A stretch of DNA of 64,000 nucleotides from an uncultured candidate division Zixibacteria bacterium (GCA_963801605.1 CAWDFP010000006.1:1632001-1696000), one strand, 5' to 3'. Positions 22,295 through 33,945 are shown, counted from the stretch's first letter. The notes: generated by a model not told the origin, from the letters alone. Program-made: numbers and translations.

Positions 22295-23530
22295 TTGGTG
22301 GCGCGCAGAAATTACAGCAGCAAACTTTATGTCGGGTATTCCTGGTTTTTTAAGGCTTTTCTGGCAATCGGTTTGATCGGTGTAATCGGGCTATTTATTT
22401 ATTTTAACCAAGCGGTGGTCCGCGATCTTCGCCGTGATGCTGCCAAGGTCAGCGAGGCTTACGCTCGCTTGATTCAATACGGCGCCAGCGAAGCCACCGA
22501 CCCGGCCGTCATCAATTTCATTTTCGATAATATTATCGCCAAAGTTAATTTCCCGATCATCGTTACCGACCGCAACGGGACGCCATCCGCCTGGACCATG
22601 AAATATAGTCCCAATGATACCTCAACCGCCACCCGCCAAATCCTGCTTAAATCTATCAAACAATTCGATAGCCAGAATAAGCCGATTGAAATATGGTCCG
22701 ATAGTACGGTCATCAGTATTCTGCACTATGGTGATTCTGATCTGATCGGCAAGCTCCGGCTCATACCAGTCGTGGAAATGACGGTTTTAGCTCTTTTTAT
22801 TCTGGTAGCTTTTGTGGGATTCAGGAATATCAAGCGGGCCGAACAGCGCTCCATCTGGGTAGGCATGGCCAAAGAGACGGCCCATCAACTTGGCACTCCG
22901 TTGTCGTCGTTAATAGGTTGGGTGGAGCTTCTTAAGATTCGCCATCAGGAGGGAAAAATTCAGGTTACCTCAGAATTCCGCGATGGCGATTTTACGAATA
23001 TCATGGATCGCATGCTGGGCGATCTCAGAAGATTGGATCGGATCGCCACCAGGTTCGGACGAATTGGCTCTGCACCGGAGCTATCCGAACATAATGTCAA
23101 CGACGCGGTAAAAGATGTGTTGGACTATTTGAAAGTACGGCTTCCATCCGGCGGCATCTCGATCAAAGAGACTTATGGTGATCTTCCGGCGGTAATGATC
23201 AATCCCGAACTTCTAATGTGGGTAATCGAGAATCTGGTTAAAAACTCGATGGAAGCCACTAACGCCAAAACGGGAGTTATCAGCGTTTCGACCACTCATA
23301 ACGCGGTCCAGAAGAAAGTTGTTATCGTAATTGAGGATAACGGGCGCGGAATACCCGCTGGAGAGCAGAACAAGATATTTTCTCCGGGATTTACCACTAA
23401 GAAAAGAGGCTGGGGCCTGGGTTTGACTCTCGCCAGGCGAATTGTCGAGGAGTATCACGGAGGACGAATCAGCCTTAAATCCTCGGAGCCAAACGTTAAA
23501 ACGATATTTATGGTGGAATTGCCTGTATGA
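22295..23530 (+). CDS. Membrane sensor histidine kinase, PorY-like
   Basis: Two TM helices, WVGMAKETAHQLGTPLSSL H-box, ENLVKNS, DNGRG, GFTTKKRGWGLGL. Confidence 0.9.
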   Translation: MVARRNYSSKLYVGYSWFFKAFLAIGLIGVIGLFIYFNQAVVRDLRRDAAKVSEAYARLIQYGASEATDPAVINFIFDNIIAKVNFPIIVTDRNGTPSAWTMKYSPNDTSTATRQILLKSIKQFDSQNKPIEIWSDSTVISILHYGDSDLIGKLRLIPVVEMTVLALFILVAFVGFRNIKRAEQRSIWVGMAKETAHQLGTPLSSLIGWVELLKIRHQEGKIQVTSEFRDGDFTNIMDRMLGDLRRLDRIATRFGRIGSAPELSEHNVNDAVKDVLDYLKVRLPSGGISIKETYGDLPAVMINPELLMWVIENLVKNSMEATNAKTGVISVSTTHNAVQKKVVIVIEDNGRGIPAGEQNKIFSPGFTTKKRGWGLGLTLARRIVEEYHGGRISLKSSEPNVKTIFMVELPV

Positions 23531-25092
23531 ATATGTTTAAAGATGACGCCAAAACGATTCTTTGGGTCGATGATGAAATCGATCTGCTATCTGCTCATTT
23601 TATTTTTCTAAAGGATAAAGGATATAAGATCCTCAGCGCCTCCAACGGCGATGACGCTATCGAGATCGTGGCCAAAGGCGGAGTCGATCTCGTATTACTC
23701 GATGAAATGATGCCCGGCCGTGACGGCCTTTCCACGTTGGTGGGGATTAAGGATGTCGATCCGCTATTGCCCGTAATCATGGTTACCAAGTCAGAGGAAG
23801 AGCATCTAATGAACGAGGCGATCGGTAAAAAAATCGACGATTATCTTACCAAGCCCGTAAACTTGAGCCAGGTGCTTTCCGCCATAAAAAGAATTCTGGA
23901 GCGTCAAAAACTCACTGAAAATACACTGACCCGTGAATTCGTTATGGATTTCCAGCGTATCAACGGATTGCTTTCCGGCCCGCTTTCCTGGCAGGATTGG
24001 ATCGATATCCATGTCAAGCTATCCGAAATCGATCTTGAGCTTGAAAAATTCCGTGACGTTGGGCTTAAAACTTCGCATCAGGACCTCAAAAAAATCACCA
24101 GCGCCGAGTTCGGTACTTTCGTCATGAAGAATTACCGTCACTGGCTCCGCACCAACAGCGGTCCGCCTTTTTCGGTTAATGTGATCGAAAATTTCGTAGC
24201 GCCACATTTACGCGAGGGCAAACAGACATTTTTCATAGTAGTTGATTGTATGAGACTGGACCAGTGGCTGATGATCGAGCCGATTATCGGCGAGTATTTT
24301 TCGATTAAGAAAGATTATTACTATTCGATATTGCCGACCGCCACTCCTTTTTCGCGTAACAGTATATTCGCAGGCGAATTTCCCGATAAGGTCTCCGATC
24401 TTTATCCCGAGCTGTGGGTGCGCGACGGCAACGAATCAAGCCGCAACCGTCATGAACGTCAACTTTTAGATCGTCAGCTTGCCAAGCTGGGATTGAAATT
24501 TAAGAATGAGCCCAAGTATATCAAGGTACTCGATTTTGAAGAAGGCCAGAATCTGGCCAGAAAAATAACCAGCTACCAGGCTGTGCCGCTTCTTTCAGTG
24601 GTATTTAATTTCGTTGATATTCTGGTTCATGGCCGCTCCGAATCGGAAATATTGCAGGAAGTCGCCCCTAATGAGGCCGCTTTCCGTTCCCTGATGCGAT
24701 CCTGGTTTGAATATTCGCACATGTTCGAACTTCTCCGCAAGTTGGCGGAGTGGGATTGCAGGGTGGTAATTACAACCGATCACGGCTCGGTAATTGGCAC
24801 CAGAGGCGCCCTGGCTTATGGGAAAAAGGATACGTCAACCAATTTGCGATATAAATACGGCGACAATCTAAATTGCGATCCCAAGCAAGCCTGGCTAATA
24901 AAAGAGCCCAAAGAGCTTCGACTGCCGACCTGGGGGCTGGCTACAACTTATATCATCGCTCTCGAGGATTACTACTTTGTCTATCCCACCAAGTATTCCG
25001 AATACAAGCGTCAATACCATAATAGTTTCCAGCATGGCGGCATCAGTCTCGATGAGATGATACTTCCGGTTATTACCCTTCAGCCGAAATAA
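23527..25092 (+). CDS. porX: PorX-family response regulator (REC + PglZ domain)
   Basis: ILWVDDEIDLL, LLDEMMPG, SILPTATPFSRNSIF, TTDHG, STNLRYK, FQHGGISLDEM; followed by tsaE. Confidence 0.9.
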   Translation: MNMFKDDAKTILWVDDEIDLLSAHFIFLKDKGYKILSASNGDDAIEIVAKGGVDLVLLDEMMPGRDGLSTLVGIKDVDPLLPVIMVTKSEEEHLMNEAIGKKIDDYLTKPVNLSQVLSAIKRILERQKLTENTLTREFVMDFQRINGLLSGPLSWQDWIDIHVKLSEIDLELEKFRDVGLKTSHQDLKKITSAEFGTFVMKNYRHWLRTNSGPPFSVNVIENFVAPHLREGKQTFFIVVDCMRLDQWLMIEPIIGEYFSIKKDYYYSILPTATPFSRNSIFAGEFPDKVSDLYPELWVRDGNESSRNRHERQLLDRQLAKLGLKFKNEPKYIKVLDFEEGQNLARKITSYQAVPLLSVVFNFVDILVHGRSESEILQEVAPNEAAFRSLMRSWFEYSHMFELLRKLAEWDCRVVITTDHGSVIGTRGALAYGKKDTSTNLRYKYGDNLNCDPKQAWLIKEPKELRLPTWGLATTYIIALEDYYFVYPTKYSEYKRQYHNSFQHGGISLDEMILPVITLQPK

Positions 25093-25157
25093 TCCGGGTG
25101 CCGGAGACTAAATAATAAGTTTGAACAATCTGGACATCTGTCATATCTTTTTGCCAA

Positions 25158-25599
25158 ATGAAGCAGCTTATTTTAATAGAATCGCTCTCAAGCGACGAAA
25201 CCGAGCAGATCGCCTCAGAGTTGGCCTCAGTTCTCAGGCCTAACGATGTGGTTGCGCTCTATGGGCCGCTGGGAGCCGGCAAAACCACATTCGTGCGAGG
25301 TCTGGCTCGCGGCCTGGGATGCCTGAAGAGCGTCAGAAGCCCGTCTTTCAGCCTGATAAACGAATACCCCGGACCGATTCCACTTTATCATATCGATTTT
25401 TATCGTCTTGAATGGCCGGGCAGAGATCGAGGATTTAGGCTGGACCGATTATCTCGATTCGGACGCTGTGGTGGCGATTGAGTGGCCGGAGAAGATCAAA
25501 AACATGTTGCCGATCAAGAGGTTTGAGGTTTATCTTTCGTTTTATGGGGAAGATGCCCGGACGGTGGAAATAGTTGCGCTCGATAATACTGGGAATTGA
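25158..25599 (+). CDS. tsaE: t6A biosynthesis ATPase (frameshift near 25415)
   Basis: GPLGAGKTTF, SPSFSL, YHIDFYRL, then AIEWPE in the next frame. Confidence 0.92.
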
Positions 25600-26251
25600 C
25601 AGCTCCGATGAGTTTCTCTCGGTGGGATTAACGAAATCCAACGAGATGCTTATATCGCGTTCATCTGAGCCGGGTTCGAAGAATAAAAATATGCTTCACC
25701 AGCATTTACGCAACGTCCTGGACGAAGCTAATGTTAATATGGATGACATCGAAGGGGTGGCGGTTGTCATTGGACCGGGGTCGTTTACAGGTCTCAGGGT
25801 TGGCCTGGCGGTAGCCAAAGGAATCTGTTGGTCGTTGGATTTGCCTCTTATCGGGGTTTCATCTCTAATGGCTATTGCTCATTGTTCATCGCCAGAGTTG
25901 GAACGCGTTGTAGTTGTGAAAGATGCCAGGCGTAACGAGTTTTATTTTGCGGCCTATCAGCGATCCGGCGAAAGAATCGAACAGGTAGTCCAGGATTCGG
26001 TTGGGCCGGCGGATGAGTTGTTCGGCATAATCTCCAGCGGTTTCAAGGCTGTAGGGCCGGGTGTAGTTGAGCTTCGCAAGTATGCCTCGGCGGCACAATT
26101 TGAACTGAACGAGGGCTACGATAGGCAGTGCCTGGGGGGAGCCGTGGCGAGTCTGGGACGCCATAAACTAGATGCCGGTGAAACTCTGGAGGTTGCCAAC
26201 GCCGCGCCGGTTTATATCAGGAATCCGAGGCCGAGAGAGTGGAAACCGTAG
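25574..26251 (+). CDS. tsaB: t6A biosynthesis protein TsaB
   Basis: ILGIDSS, GPGSFTGLRVG, DARRNE, PVYIR. Confidence 0.93.
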   Translation: MRSIILGIDSSDEFLSVGLTKSNEMLISRSSEPGSKNKNMLHQHLRNVLDEANVNMDDIEGVAVVIGPGSFTGLRVGLAVAKGICWSLDLPLIGVSSLMAIAHCSSPELERVVVVKDARRNEFYFAAYQRSGERIEQVVQDSVGPADELFGIISSGFKAVGPGVVELRKYASAAQFELNEGYDRQCLGGAVASLGRHKLDAGETLEVANAAPVYIRNPRPREWKP

Positions 26252-26254
26252 CCT

Positions 26255-26699
26255 ATGGCGGAAATCACTTTTCGTAAAATGACTGAAAGCGATCTCGATA
26301 GAGTGGTCGCTATGGAAAAGGAGATATTTTCCGATCCCTGGGATTACAACGCTTTCGACAGCGATCTTAAGAATGAGCATTGCTGGCCGGTTGTGGCAGA
26401 ACAGGACGGTACTATTGTCGGCTACAGCATAAGCTTATATTGTTGCCGACGAGCTTCAAATAGGGAATTTTGGAGTGGCGGAGTCGTTTAAAAGGCAGGG
26501 AATCGGAAAGAAGATGATGGACGAGATAATAAAAATCGCTCAGGAAAAAAGCTGCGATTCGATATATCTGGAGGTCCGCGAATCAAACAAGGCCGCTCAG
26601 GCGCTCTATTATTCGTTTGGATTTGAAGCGGTGGGCCGCCGGATCGGATATTACCGCAGTCCGCGCGAGAATGCAATATTAATGGCTAAGGAGCTTTAA
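26255..26699 (+). CDS. rimI: Ribosomal protein S18 alanine N-acetyltransferase (frameshift near 26430)
   Basis: EKEIFSDPW; then RQGIG, LEVRESN..A..LY, GRRIGYY, ENAILM; follows tsaB. Confidence 0.9.
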
Positions 26700-27570
26700 T
26701 GGTCGACTGGTTTAATCGTTCCAAGAAAAATATTCCGGCTGCAGATAAGCGCGAGATACCCGATGGCGTCTGGACCAAGTGCCAATCGTGCAGCGAAATT
26801 CTGACTGTCATGTCGCTTGAAAAGAATTTCTGGGTTTGTCCCAAATGCGAATTTCATTTTCGCATTCCGGCGACTACTTATCTCAGCCTTATTATCGATC
26901 CCGGATACGTTCGAGGAATACGATGCAGCGCTTACCTCGCTGGATCCCGTTAGAGTTCAAGGATCTGAAAAAATATCCTGAGCGAATCGCGGCAGCCCGC
27001 AAGAAAGACCGGCCGTAACGATGCATTGATTGCCGGATTGGGCAAAATCGACGGACTCGATGTATCATTTTCAGTGATGGATTTTGATTTTATCGGAGGC
27101 AGCATGGGAAGCGTGGTGGGGGAGAAGGTAGCCCGCTCCATCGAACGTTCGATAGATAAAAAGATTCCGCTGGTCATCGTCTCCTGTTCCGGCGGCGCCC
27201 GCATGATGGAGGGCATTCTATCTCTCATGCAGATGGCCAAAACGTCGGCCTTGCTGGCGGTCCTGAATAAGATGAAAATTCCTTTCATTTCGGTTCTGAC
27301 CAATCCCGACAACAGCCGGTGTTATGGCCTCGTATGCCTCGCTGGGTGATATCATCATTGCCGAGCCGAAAGCGCTGTTGGGCTTTGCGGGCCCTCGGGT
27401 GATTGCCCAAACCATCGGCGGAGAATTGCCGCCCGGATTCCAATCATCGGAGTTTTTCCTCGATCATGGTTTTTTAGACGCCATTGTATCGAGACCGCGA
27501 TCTTAAAAAGACGATTTCACAACTTCTTAAATATATGCTACCGGCTTATCAATTGCAGAAAATGGAATAG
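26699..27570 (+). CDS. accD: Acetyl-CoA carboxylase carboxyltransferase beta (several frameshifts)
   Basis: VWTKC..C..CPKC zinc ribbon, [41 protein letters not shown] spread across frames. Confidence 0.92.
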
Positions 27571-27576
27571 GTATCG

Positions 27577-28854
27577 ATGGAGTACAACGAGGTAATCGAT
27601 TATATCCTGCAGATGGAGAGGTTTGGGATGAAACTCGGCCTTTCCAATATCACCAGATTTTTATCTTATATCGGAAATCCCCAAAACGGTTATCCCATGA
27701 TTCATGTGGCCGGAACCAACGGCAAAGGCTCTACCGTAGCCATCATGGAGTCAATCCTTATTGCGGCTGGATTTCGGGTCGGGGTATACACATCGCCCCA
27801 TCTTGTGGATTTTAGAGAACGGATTAAAATCAATGGAAGGCTAATCGAGAAAAAATATATAACTGAGTTTTTTAATACCAATATCAAGAAGATCGAAAGC
27901 CTGCCAATCACTTTTTTCGAAACCGTGACCGCACTGGCCTTTTCTTATTTCAAAGACGAGAAAGTCGATGTCGCTTTGATCGAGACCGGTATGGGCGGGC
28001 GTCTCGATGCTACCAATGTAATAACGCCCAGTGTCACCGTAATCACCAATGTCGAATCGGAACATACCCAGTGGCTGGGATTCAAGGTCCGCCAAATTGC
28101 CTTTGAAAAAGCCGGCATTATTAAAAGCGGAGTTCCGGTTGTGACGGCGGCACAGAATTTCGATGCCCGCCATATAATTCGTCAGGTTTGCCAGCAAAAT
28201 AAAAGCAAACTGATATCGATATTTGACGAAACGCAGTGGGTGGTGAAAAGCATTACTCGCGATGGTTCCGAGCTTGATATTTTCACCAGATCCAATAAGT
28301 ATTTTAACCTCAGGCTGGCTCTTCCGGGACGTCACCAGATGGAAAATTCCATTTGTGCCCTGATAGCCGTGGAGCTTTTAGAACAGGAAACCGGTCTTAA
28401 AACGTCATCGCTGGCGGTCGCCCAGGGCTTTAGAAATGTCAAATGGGATGGGCGCTTGCAGCGTATCAGCGCGTCCCCCGAGATTATTCTCGATGTAGCT
28501 CATAATCCCGCAGCACTGACCCGCATCAGAGAATATTTTACTGAGTTTTACGCCGATAAAAAGATCATCGCTGTATTTGGCATATTATCCGATAAAGATT
28601 ATCACAAGATGATTGAGGAGCTTGATCGCATCGCCGATGTCATCATCCTGACCAAGCCCATGACGGAGCGCGCTGCCGATCCCAACCTGTTAGCAGAGGA
28701 CGTCGCCAAAATAAATAGTAATTTCCAGATTATTCCTATGGTTCGCGATGCTTTCCAGTCTGCCAAAGAGCATAGTAACCCCGAAGACGTTATCCTCATA
28801 ACCGGCTCGCATTATACGGTTGGCGAGGTTCTCTCGAACCTATCCCAAATTTAG
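27577..28854 (+). CDS. folC: Folylpolyglutamate/dihydrofolate synthase
   Basis: HVAGTNGKGS, YTSPHL, ETGMGGRLDATN, LDVAHNP, ITGS. Confidence 0.95.
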   Translation: MEYNEVIDYILQMERFGMKLGLSNITRFLSYIGNPQNGYPMIHVAGTNGKGSTVAIMESILIAAGFRVGVYTSPHLVDFRERIKINGRLIEKKYITEFFNTNIKKIESLPITFFETVTALAFSYFKDEKVDVALIETGMGGRLDATNVITPSVTVITNVESEHTQWLGFKVRQIAFEKAGIIKSGVPVVTAAQNFDARHIIRQVCQQNKSKLISIFDETQWVVKSITRDGSELDIFTRSNKYFNLRLALPGRHQMENSICALIAVELLEQETGLKTSSLAVAQGFRNVKWDGRLQRISASPEIILDVAHNPAALTRIREYFTEFYADKKIIAVFGILSDKDYHKMIEELDRIADVIILTKPMTERAADPNLLAEDVAKINSNFQIIPMVRDAFQSAKEHSNPEDVILITGSHYTVGEVLSNLSQI

Positions 28855-28970
28855 GATTCGGCGTTAAGCAGGTTTTAACCGCATGAAGCATGACAGGCGC
28901 AACCTAAGCATCGGGTTGCCGCTCAAACCCCTTTGATAATTTTAACATCATTCTATTTTTTGATAGATAG

Positions 28971-28999
28971 TTGACAAATGAGGTTTGAGATATGATATT
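28971..28999 (+). promoter_or_regulatory. Sigma70-type promoter for tRNA-Arg
   Basis: TTGACA-17 nt-GATATT just upstream of the tRNA. Confidence 0.55.
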
Positions 29000-29016
29000 A
29001 TTCATCGCTAATAATT

Positions 29017-29090
29017 GCGCCCATAGCTCAATTGGATAGAGCATCTGACTTCGGATCAGAGGGTTGGGGGTTCAAGTCCTCCTGGGCGTA
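29017..29090 (+). tRNA. tRNA-Arg (TCG)
   Basis: Cloverleaf: GCGCCCA/TGGGCGT acceptor, TCTGA-CT TCG GA-TCAGA anticodon arm, GTTCAAG T-loop; CCA not encoded. Confidence 0.95.
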
Positions 29091-29145
29091 TTTTGTTGAG
29101 GGAAAGCCGAAACGGGTCCATTGAAATTCAATAGGAGGAGGCACT

Positions 29146-29643
29146 ATGATTTCCGATAAAAATCCGCTCCTGGTTTCACAGATCAAGTTTTGGCGGGAGC
29201 AACTCAAGCCCTCGATCCTTAAATCTCTCGAATGTTCGCCCGATGATAAGTTGAACTGGGCGCCCGCGACCGGTATGATAACCCTGGGAAACCTCTATTC
29301 GCATATTTCGGAATGCTCGGAATGGTGGTTCGATCAGGTCGTTTGCGGAGGTAAATCCGAGAGGGCTCGAACTACGCCCAAATCACCGGTGTTATCAAAG
29401 GCCGGAATCAGCAATTATATGGATGCTCATTGGGAACGTCTGGAACGTTTTTTTACGGCGGATCCGTCGATTCTTAAGAAATCATATAAGGTATCGGGAC
29501 GGGATAAGACGCATAATTTCGATGGTTACTGGATATTCACCCATTTACTGGAACATGATATCCATCACCGCAGCCAGATTAATCAGTATCTCAGAATCCT
29601 GGGAATAAACCCGCCCAATATTATGAATATAGGCTGTAATTAA
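29146..29643 (+). CDS. DinB family protein
   Basis: TLGNLYSHI and HLLEHDIHHRSQI..YLR.LGI.PP; AGGAGG RBS. Confidence 0.88.
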   Translation: MISDKNPLLVSQIKFWREQLKPSILKSLECSPDDKLNWAPATGMITLGNLYSHISECSEWWFDQVVCGGKSERARTTPKSPVLSKAGISNYMDAHWERLERFFTADPSILKKSYKVSGRDKTHNFDGYWIFTHLLEHDIHHRSQINQYLRILGINPPNIMNIGCN

Positions 29644-29697
29644 AGCGCCATTTTACACTATTTGATTATTACCAGGGCCAGAAAAGCTTGAGTATTA

Positions 29698-30885
29698 TTA
29701 TTTAGATTGCTTGCCTTGTTTTTTAAACCAGGCCGATATTTCGCTAATGGCACTGATGGCCTTATCTACATGCTCCTCGGTATTAAATGCCCCTATAGAA
29801 AAGCGTACAGCGCCATGCTTTTTGGCTATCCCAAGCTGGGTATGAACCAGAGGAGCGCAATGCAGGCCGGTTCTGGTAGCTATATTATAATTGGCATCAA
29901 GCCAGGTGCCGACGTTGCCGGCATCCATGCCATCGATATTCATAGCTACCGTGGAAAGATGATTTTCCAGGCTGTCGGCACAATAGGTGATGACTCCGTC
30001 AATCTTTTTGAATCCATCGACTAACTTTTTAGCTAAGCCGATCTCATGTTTATAAATATTATCTAAGCCAGTATTATCGATCCATTCCTGGCCGGCCGAA
30101 AGCGCCGCTACGCCAACCATATTAGGCGTGCCAAATTCCATCCGGTAGGGGTAACGTTCCAGATGGTAGGGATAGAGCGAATCAACACCTGTCCCGCCGG
30201 CGCGGGTTTGACGGAGTTCCACATTCTTGCGAACACAAAGCCCGCCGATCCCCATACATCCCATAAGCGCTTTATGCCCGGTGAAAGCCAGGACATCGAT
30301 ATTCATTTCCTGCATATTTATCGGCACCACTCCGGCGGTTTGGGATGAGTCAATTGCGAAAAGGATTCCCCTTTCCTTGCAGATTGCGCCGATTTCCTTT
30401 ACGGGTTGAACTGTTCCAATGACATTGGAACCGTGATTAACGATTACCAGCCTAGTATTGCCCTTGATGGCTTTTTTAACGGAATCAGGATCAATAAAAC
30501 CGTCGCTTTCGAATGGCAGATAGGTGGCCTCGACACCGCCGTCGCGGACCAGATGATTGATCGGTCTGATAACGGAGTTATGTTCGAGATTTGTGGTGAT
30601 TACATGATCGCCGGAGGAGAGGGCGCCGAAAATAATCAAATTGAGAGCGTCGGTGGCATTATAACCGAAACAAAGACGCTCCGGCATATCCTGATCGCCG
30701 CCGAAAAATTTAGTGAGCTTTTTGCGCAATTCCTCCAAAGTGTTTCCGGCTTCAATACAAAGATCAAATCCGCTCCGTCCGGGATTGACTCCGAATTGAC
30801 GGTAGAAATCGACCATATATTTGTAAACATTTTCGGGTTTAGGCCAGGCCGTGGCCGCGTTATCGAGGTAAATTAGGTTTTCCAT
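29698..30885 (-). CDS. Class V PLP aminotransferase, cysteine desulfurase family
   Basis: IYLDNAATAWPKP, EHNSVIRP, AFTGHKAL, RTGLHCAP, VRFSIG. Confidence 0.92.
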   Translation of the reverse strand: MENLIYLDNAATAWPKPENVYKYMVDFYRQFGVNPGRSGFDLCIEAGNTLEELRKKLTKFFGGDQDMPERLCFGYNATDALNLIIFGALSSGDHVITTNLEHNSVIRPINHLVRDGGVEATYLPFESDGFIDPDSVKKAIKGNTRLVIVNHGSNVIGTVQPVKEIGAICKERGILFAIDSSQTAGVVPINMQEMNIDVLAFTGHKALMGCMGIGGLCVRKNVELRQTRAGGTGVDSLYPYHLERYPYRMEFGTPNMVGVAALSAGQEWIDNTGLDNIYKHEIGLAKKLVDGFKKIDGVITYCADSLENHLSTVAMNIDGMDAGNVGTWLDANYNIATRTGLHCAPLVHTQLGIAKKHGAVRFSIGAFNTEEHVDKAISAISEISAWFKKQGKQSK

Positions 30886-31161
30886 TTTCCACTCCGCACA
30901 CCAAAATGTCATCAAAAACGAGCAATAATCATTATCTCTTGTATAATGTAGCAAATGACGCAAAATTATGCAAGCATCCTATATTCTCTCCCGATCTTCG
31001 AATTTAAGATTGCTTTTTTAGGAAACTCAGTCCATAATTTGAGGTTTATTGCATGGTAATTCGATTATTATTCGGCAACTCCGGCAATATAAGGAAACAG
31101 ATCGTGAACGAAAATCGAATGCAAAAAAAATTGATATCTTTCAGTATTTTCGATAACAATA

Positions 31162-31971
31162 TTGTGTTCGGTATTATGCGGTCAAACTACTCCAAATGCT
31201 CTTGCGCAGGTTAAACCATCTGCAGATCATAGTGTAATTATTGCTGCGTCCGCTACCGGTTCTGATAGTTCGTCACAGGTTTCCCAAAAGACGTTTTTAC
31301 GACGAGCCGCACCCTATATTGCTCTAACGGCGGCAGGCGGCCTCCTTTTTCCGCTCGACAGAGATATTAATAATCAGTTTTATAAAAGCCGCTGGCATAA
31401 TCACGCCGCCGATCATTTTTCGCGAGCTATCAGGCAGTATGGGATGGTGGGGCCTTACGCTATTACCATACCTATGTTTGCCGGTTATGGACTTCTTTTC
31501 AAAAACCAAAAAAGCTTGTATGTGGCCGGGGAGCTTGCAGGCGGGGCGATAATCGCCGGGGGAGTAACTGAGGTTATCAAAAAAACATTTGGACGGGAAA
31601 GGCCCTACGAAACATCCTCTCCATTCAAATTCTTTAAGGGAGGCTCCTCATTTTATTCGGGTCATTCTATTTCTGCCTGGACATTTGCCACGATTTTATC
31701 GAAAAATTATCCTCGTCAGGACCTGGGCTTTTTGGGAATTCATGATGAGGTTCCCTTGTTGCCTATAGTTACTTATACCGCGGCCGGGTTAGTCTGTATT
31801 CAGCGGCTCTACAGCCATAACCACTGGGCCTCGGATGTTTATTATGGGGCGCTGGCCGGGTATGGTACCGGCTCGCTGGTGGTACACCTGGGTAATAAAA
31901 TGCGGCAGCGTCGGTTGGGGCTGAGTTTCGATCATCCCGGAACGGTTCAGCTCTTCTATAGATTCAATTAG
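31162..31971 (+). CDS. PAP2 family phosphatase
   Basis: K.TFGRERP, SFYSGHS, R....HWASDV; start probably further upstream. Confidence 0.88.
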   Translation: MCSVLCGQTTPNALAQVKPSADHSVIIAASATGSDSSSQVSQKTFLRRAAPYIALTAAGGLLFPLDRDINNQFYKSRWHNHAADHFSRAIRQYGMVGPYAITIPMFAGYGLLFKNQKSLYVAGELAGGAIIAGGVTEVIKKTFGRERPYETSSPFKFFKGGSSFYSGHSISAWTFATILSKNYPRQDLGFLGIHDEVPLLPIVTYTAAGLVCIQRLYSHNHWASDVYYGALAGYGTGSLVVHLGNKMRQRRLGLSFDHPGTVQLFYRFN

Positions 31972-32103
31972 GTCACTCGATCCTTCTATATTAAGAATTC
32001 TTGATGGCAAAATGGATTGATTTTTGCCTTATAAAAGGTATTGACAAAATAGCCTCAGATTATTAATTATAGGGTCCTTGTGGAAATAGCTGCAGGGATT
32101 AAC

Positions 32104-32176
<73 letters not shown>

Positions 32177-32215
32177 TTTTCTTTTCATCTATTATTTTGA
32201 AATTTCAATAAACCT

Positions 32216-33787
32216 ATGCGAAATAATAGAGTAAATACGGTTACTATACTTTGCCTCCTGATTCTCGTTGCGGGCAGCCTGCTGCATATATTTGCGGGGT
32301 ATAGCCACGGAGATATGTCGGGCCATGCCTGGGGCAGCGATGATGCTTATATATCCTATCGCTACACTCAAAACCTCGTTGAGGACCACGGGCTTGTATA
32401 CAACCCCGGCGAGAAGGTTGAGGGTTACTCGAATTTCCTCTACATACTAATGCTGGCGCCACTTTATGCTGTCAGTGGCGTCAATGGTATGTACATCTAC
32501 TCAACAATATTGAATCTGATCCTGGCCATCGCGGCTTTCTTGCTCTTTTGCTTTTATATTCGAAACCGATTTGGAGAAAACGCCGTTATTGCCGCGGCCC
32601 TGCTTTTCGCGTTTTGTTTGCCGATCTGGGCGGCGGTTGCCTCCGGGATGGAAAGTACTCTGGTACTGCTGATTCAACTTGTGATCTGGATAGCCCTGGA
32701 ACGATACATTATATATGAACGGCGAAATGACCTGATTCTAATAATTGTATTATCTATCCTGTCAATCCTAGCCAGGGCTGACGGCTTTGTTTTTCCGGTA
32801 TTTGTGATATTGTATCTGCTTTTAAAAGGGAAGAGGCGTTCTGCCATTTACTGCGCTTTGTCACTTCTGATTGCCGGTTCAGCATATTTTCTATGGCGCT
32901 ATAGCTACTATGGCGATTTTCTTCCCAACACCTATTATGCCAAGGTCTCGGGGTCGCTGTCTGAGCGCGTTATTTTTGCAATTAGAGCTTTGGGACGAGT
33001 CAATCTTAGAAACGGTCTTATTTTCTGGATATTCCTGCCGGCAGTTCTCATGATAAGATGGCTGGTGCGAGTGGTGCAGGGCAAAGAACGTTTTATTACA
33101 AATCTCAATTCCGAATTCGTTTTAATATCAGGCATGCTGGTATATTGGATTTATGTCGGCGGAGATATTTACGATGATAGATTTCTCATTATTTTAGTCC
33201 CGCTTGGAATTTCGTTATTTCTGAAGTTTATCTGGCCATATTTAAATTACAAACGAATAACGCCCGCTGTTTTATCATTATTGATTCTGATTCAACTTAC
33301 TCCGCTAAAGGCTGATCAACGGTTTCGATACTCATATCCCAAATATGACTGCCTGGTTACTCTGGGAAGATATTTTAAGGAGAATTACCCTGATAAAACG
33401 CTGGCTACAATGGCAGCCGGTAAGGTTCCGTTTTATTCGGGAATGAAGACAATCGACATGCTGGGTTTAACCGATCGGCATATAGCCCATACAAAGGCAG
33501 CCGGCGCATTTCTCCCGGGGCATAATAAATATGATCACAATTATATTTTATCGAGGAAACCGGATTTAATATTTTGCGCCATCGATACCAATTTCGCGCT
33601 CTACGGCGGATTCAGCGCCCAGTTATACAACCGGGCCGGATATCAACTCAAATTTCTTCTGAATATGAATAAGAAATCGCAGAAGAACAATATCCTGGAT
33701 ATTAAGGGATTCAGCCCGGATACCCTGCGAGGTCTAATATATGATGGGTATGAATTTGCAGTGCTCGAAAAAGTAAATGGCAGCTGA
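32216..33787 (+). CDS. GT-C fold membrane glycosyltransferase (AftB-like)
   Basis: [40 protein letters not shown]; many TM helices. Confidence 0.82.
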   Translation: MRNNRVNTVTILCLLILVAGSLLHIFAGYSHGDMSGHAWGSDDAYISYRYTQNLVEDHGLVYNPGEKVEGYSNFLYILMLAPLYAVSGVNGMYIYSTILNLILAIAAFLLFCFYIRNRFGENAVIAAALLFAFCLPIWAAVASGMESTLVLLIQLVIWIALERYIIYERRNDLILIIVLSILSILARADGFVFPVFVILYLLLKGKRRSAIYCALSLLIAGSAYFLWRYSYYGDFLPNTYYAKVSGSLSERVIFAIRALGRVNLRNGLIFWIFLPAVLMIRWLVRVVQGKERFITNLNSEFVLISGMLVYWIYVGGDIYDDRFLIILVPLGISLFLKFIWPYLNYKRITPAVLSLLILIQLTPLKADQRFRYSYPKYDCLVTLGRYFKENYPDKTLATMAAGKVPFYSGMKTIDMLGLTDRHIAHTKAAGAFLPGHNKYDHNYILSRKPDLIFCAIDTNFALYGGFSAQLYNRAGYQLKFLLNMNKKSQKNNILDIKGFSPDTLRGLIYDGYEFAVLEKVNGS

Positions 33788-33866
33788 GTCTCTTAGCTTT
33801 GATACTGCAAAAGCGGGCCTTTTTCTCTTGACTCTTTTGGGCTTAGAATCTATTTTCGGAATGCAT

Positions 33867-33941
<75 letters not shown>

Positions 33942-33945
33942 ATTT

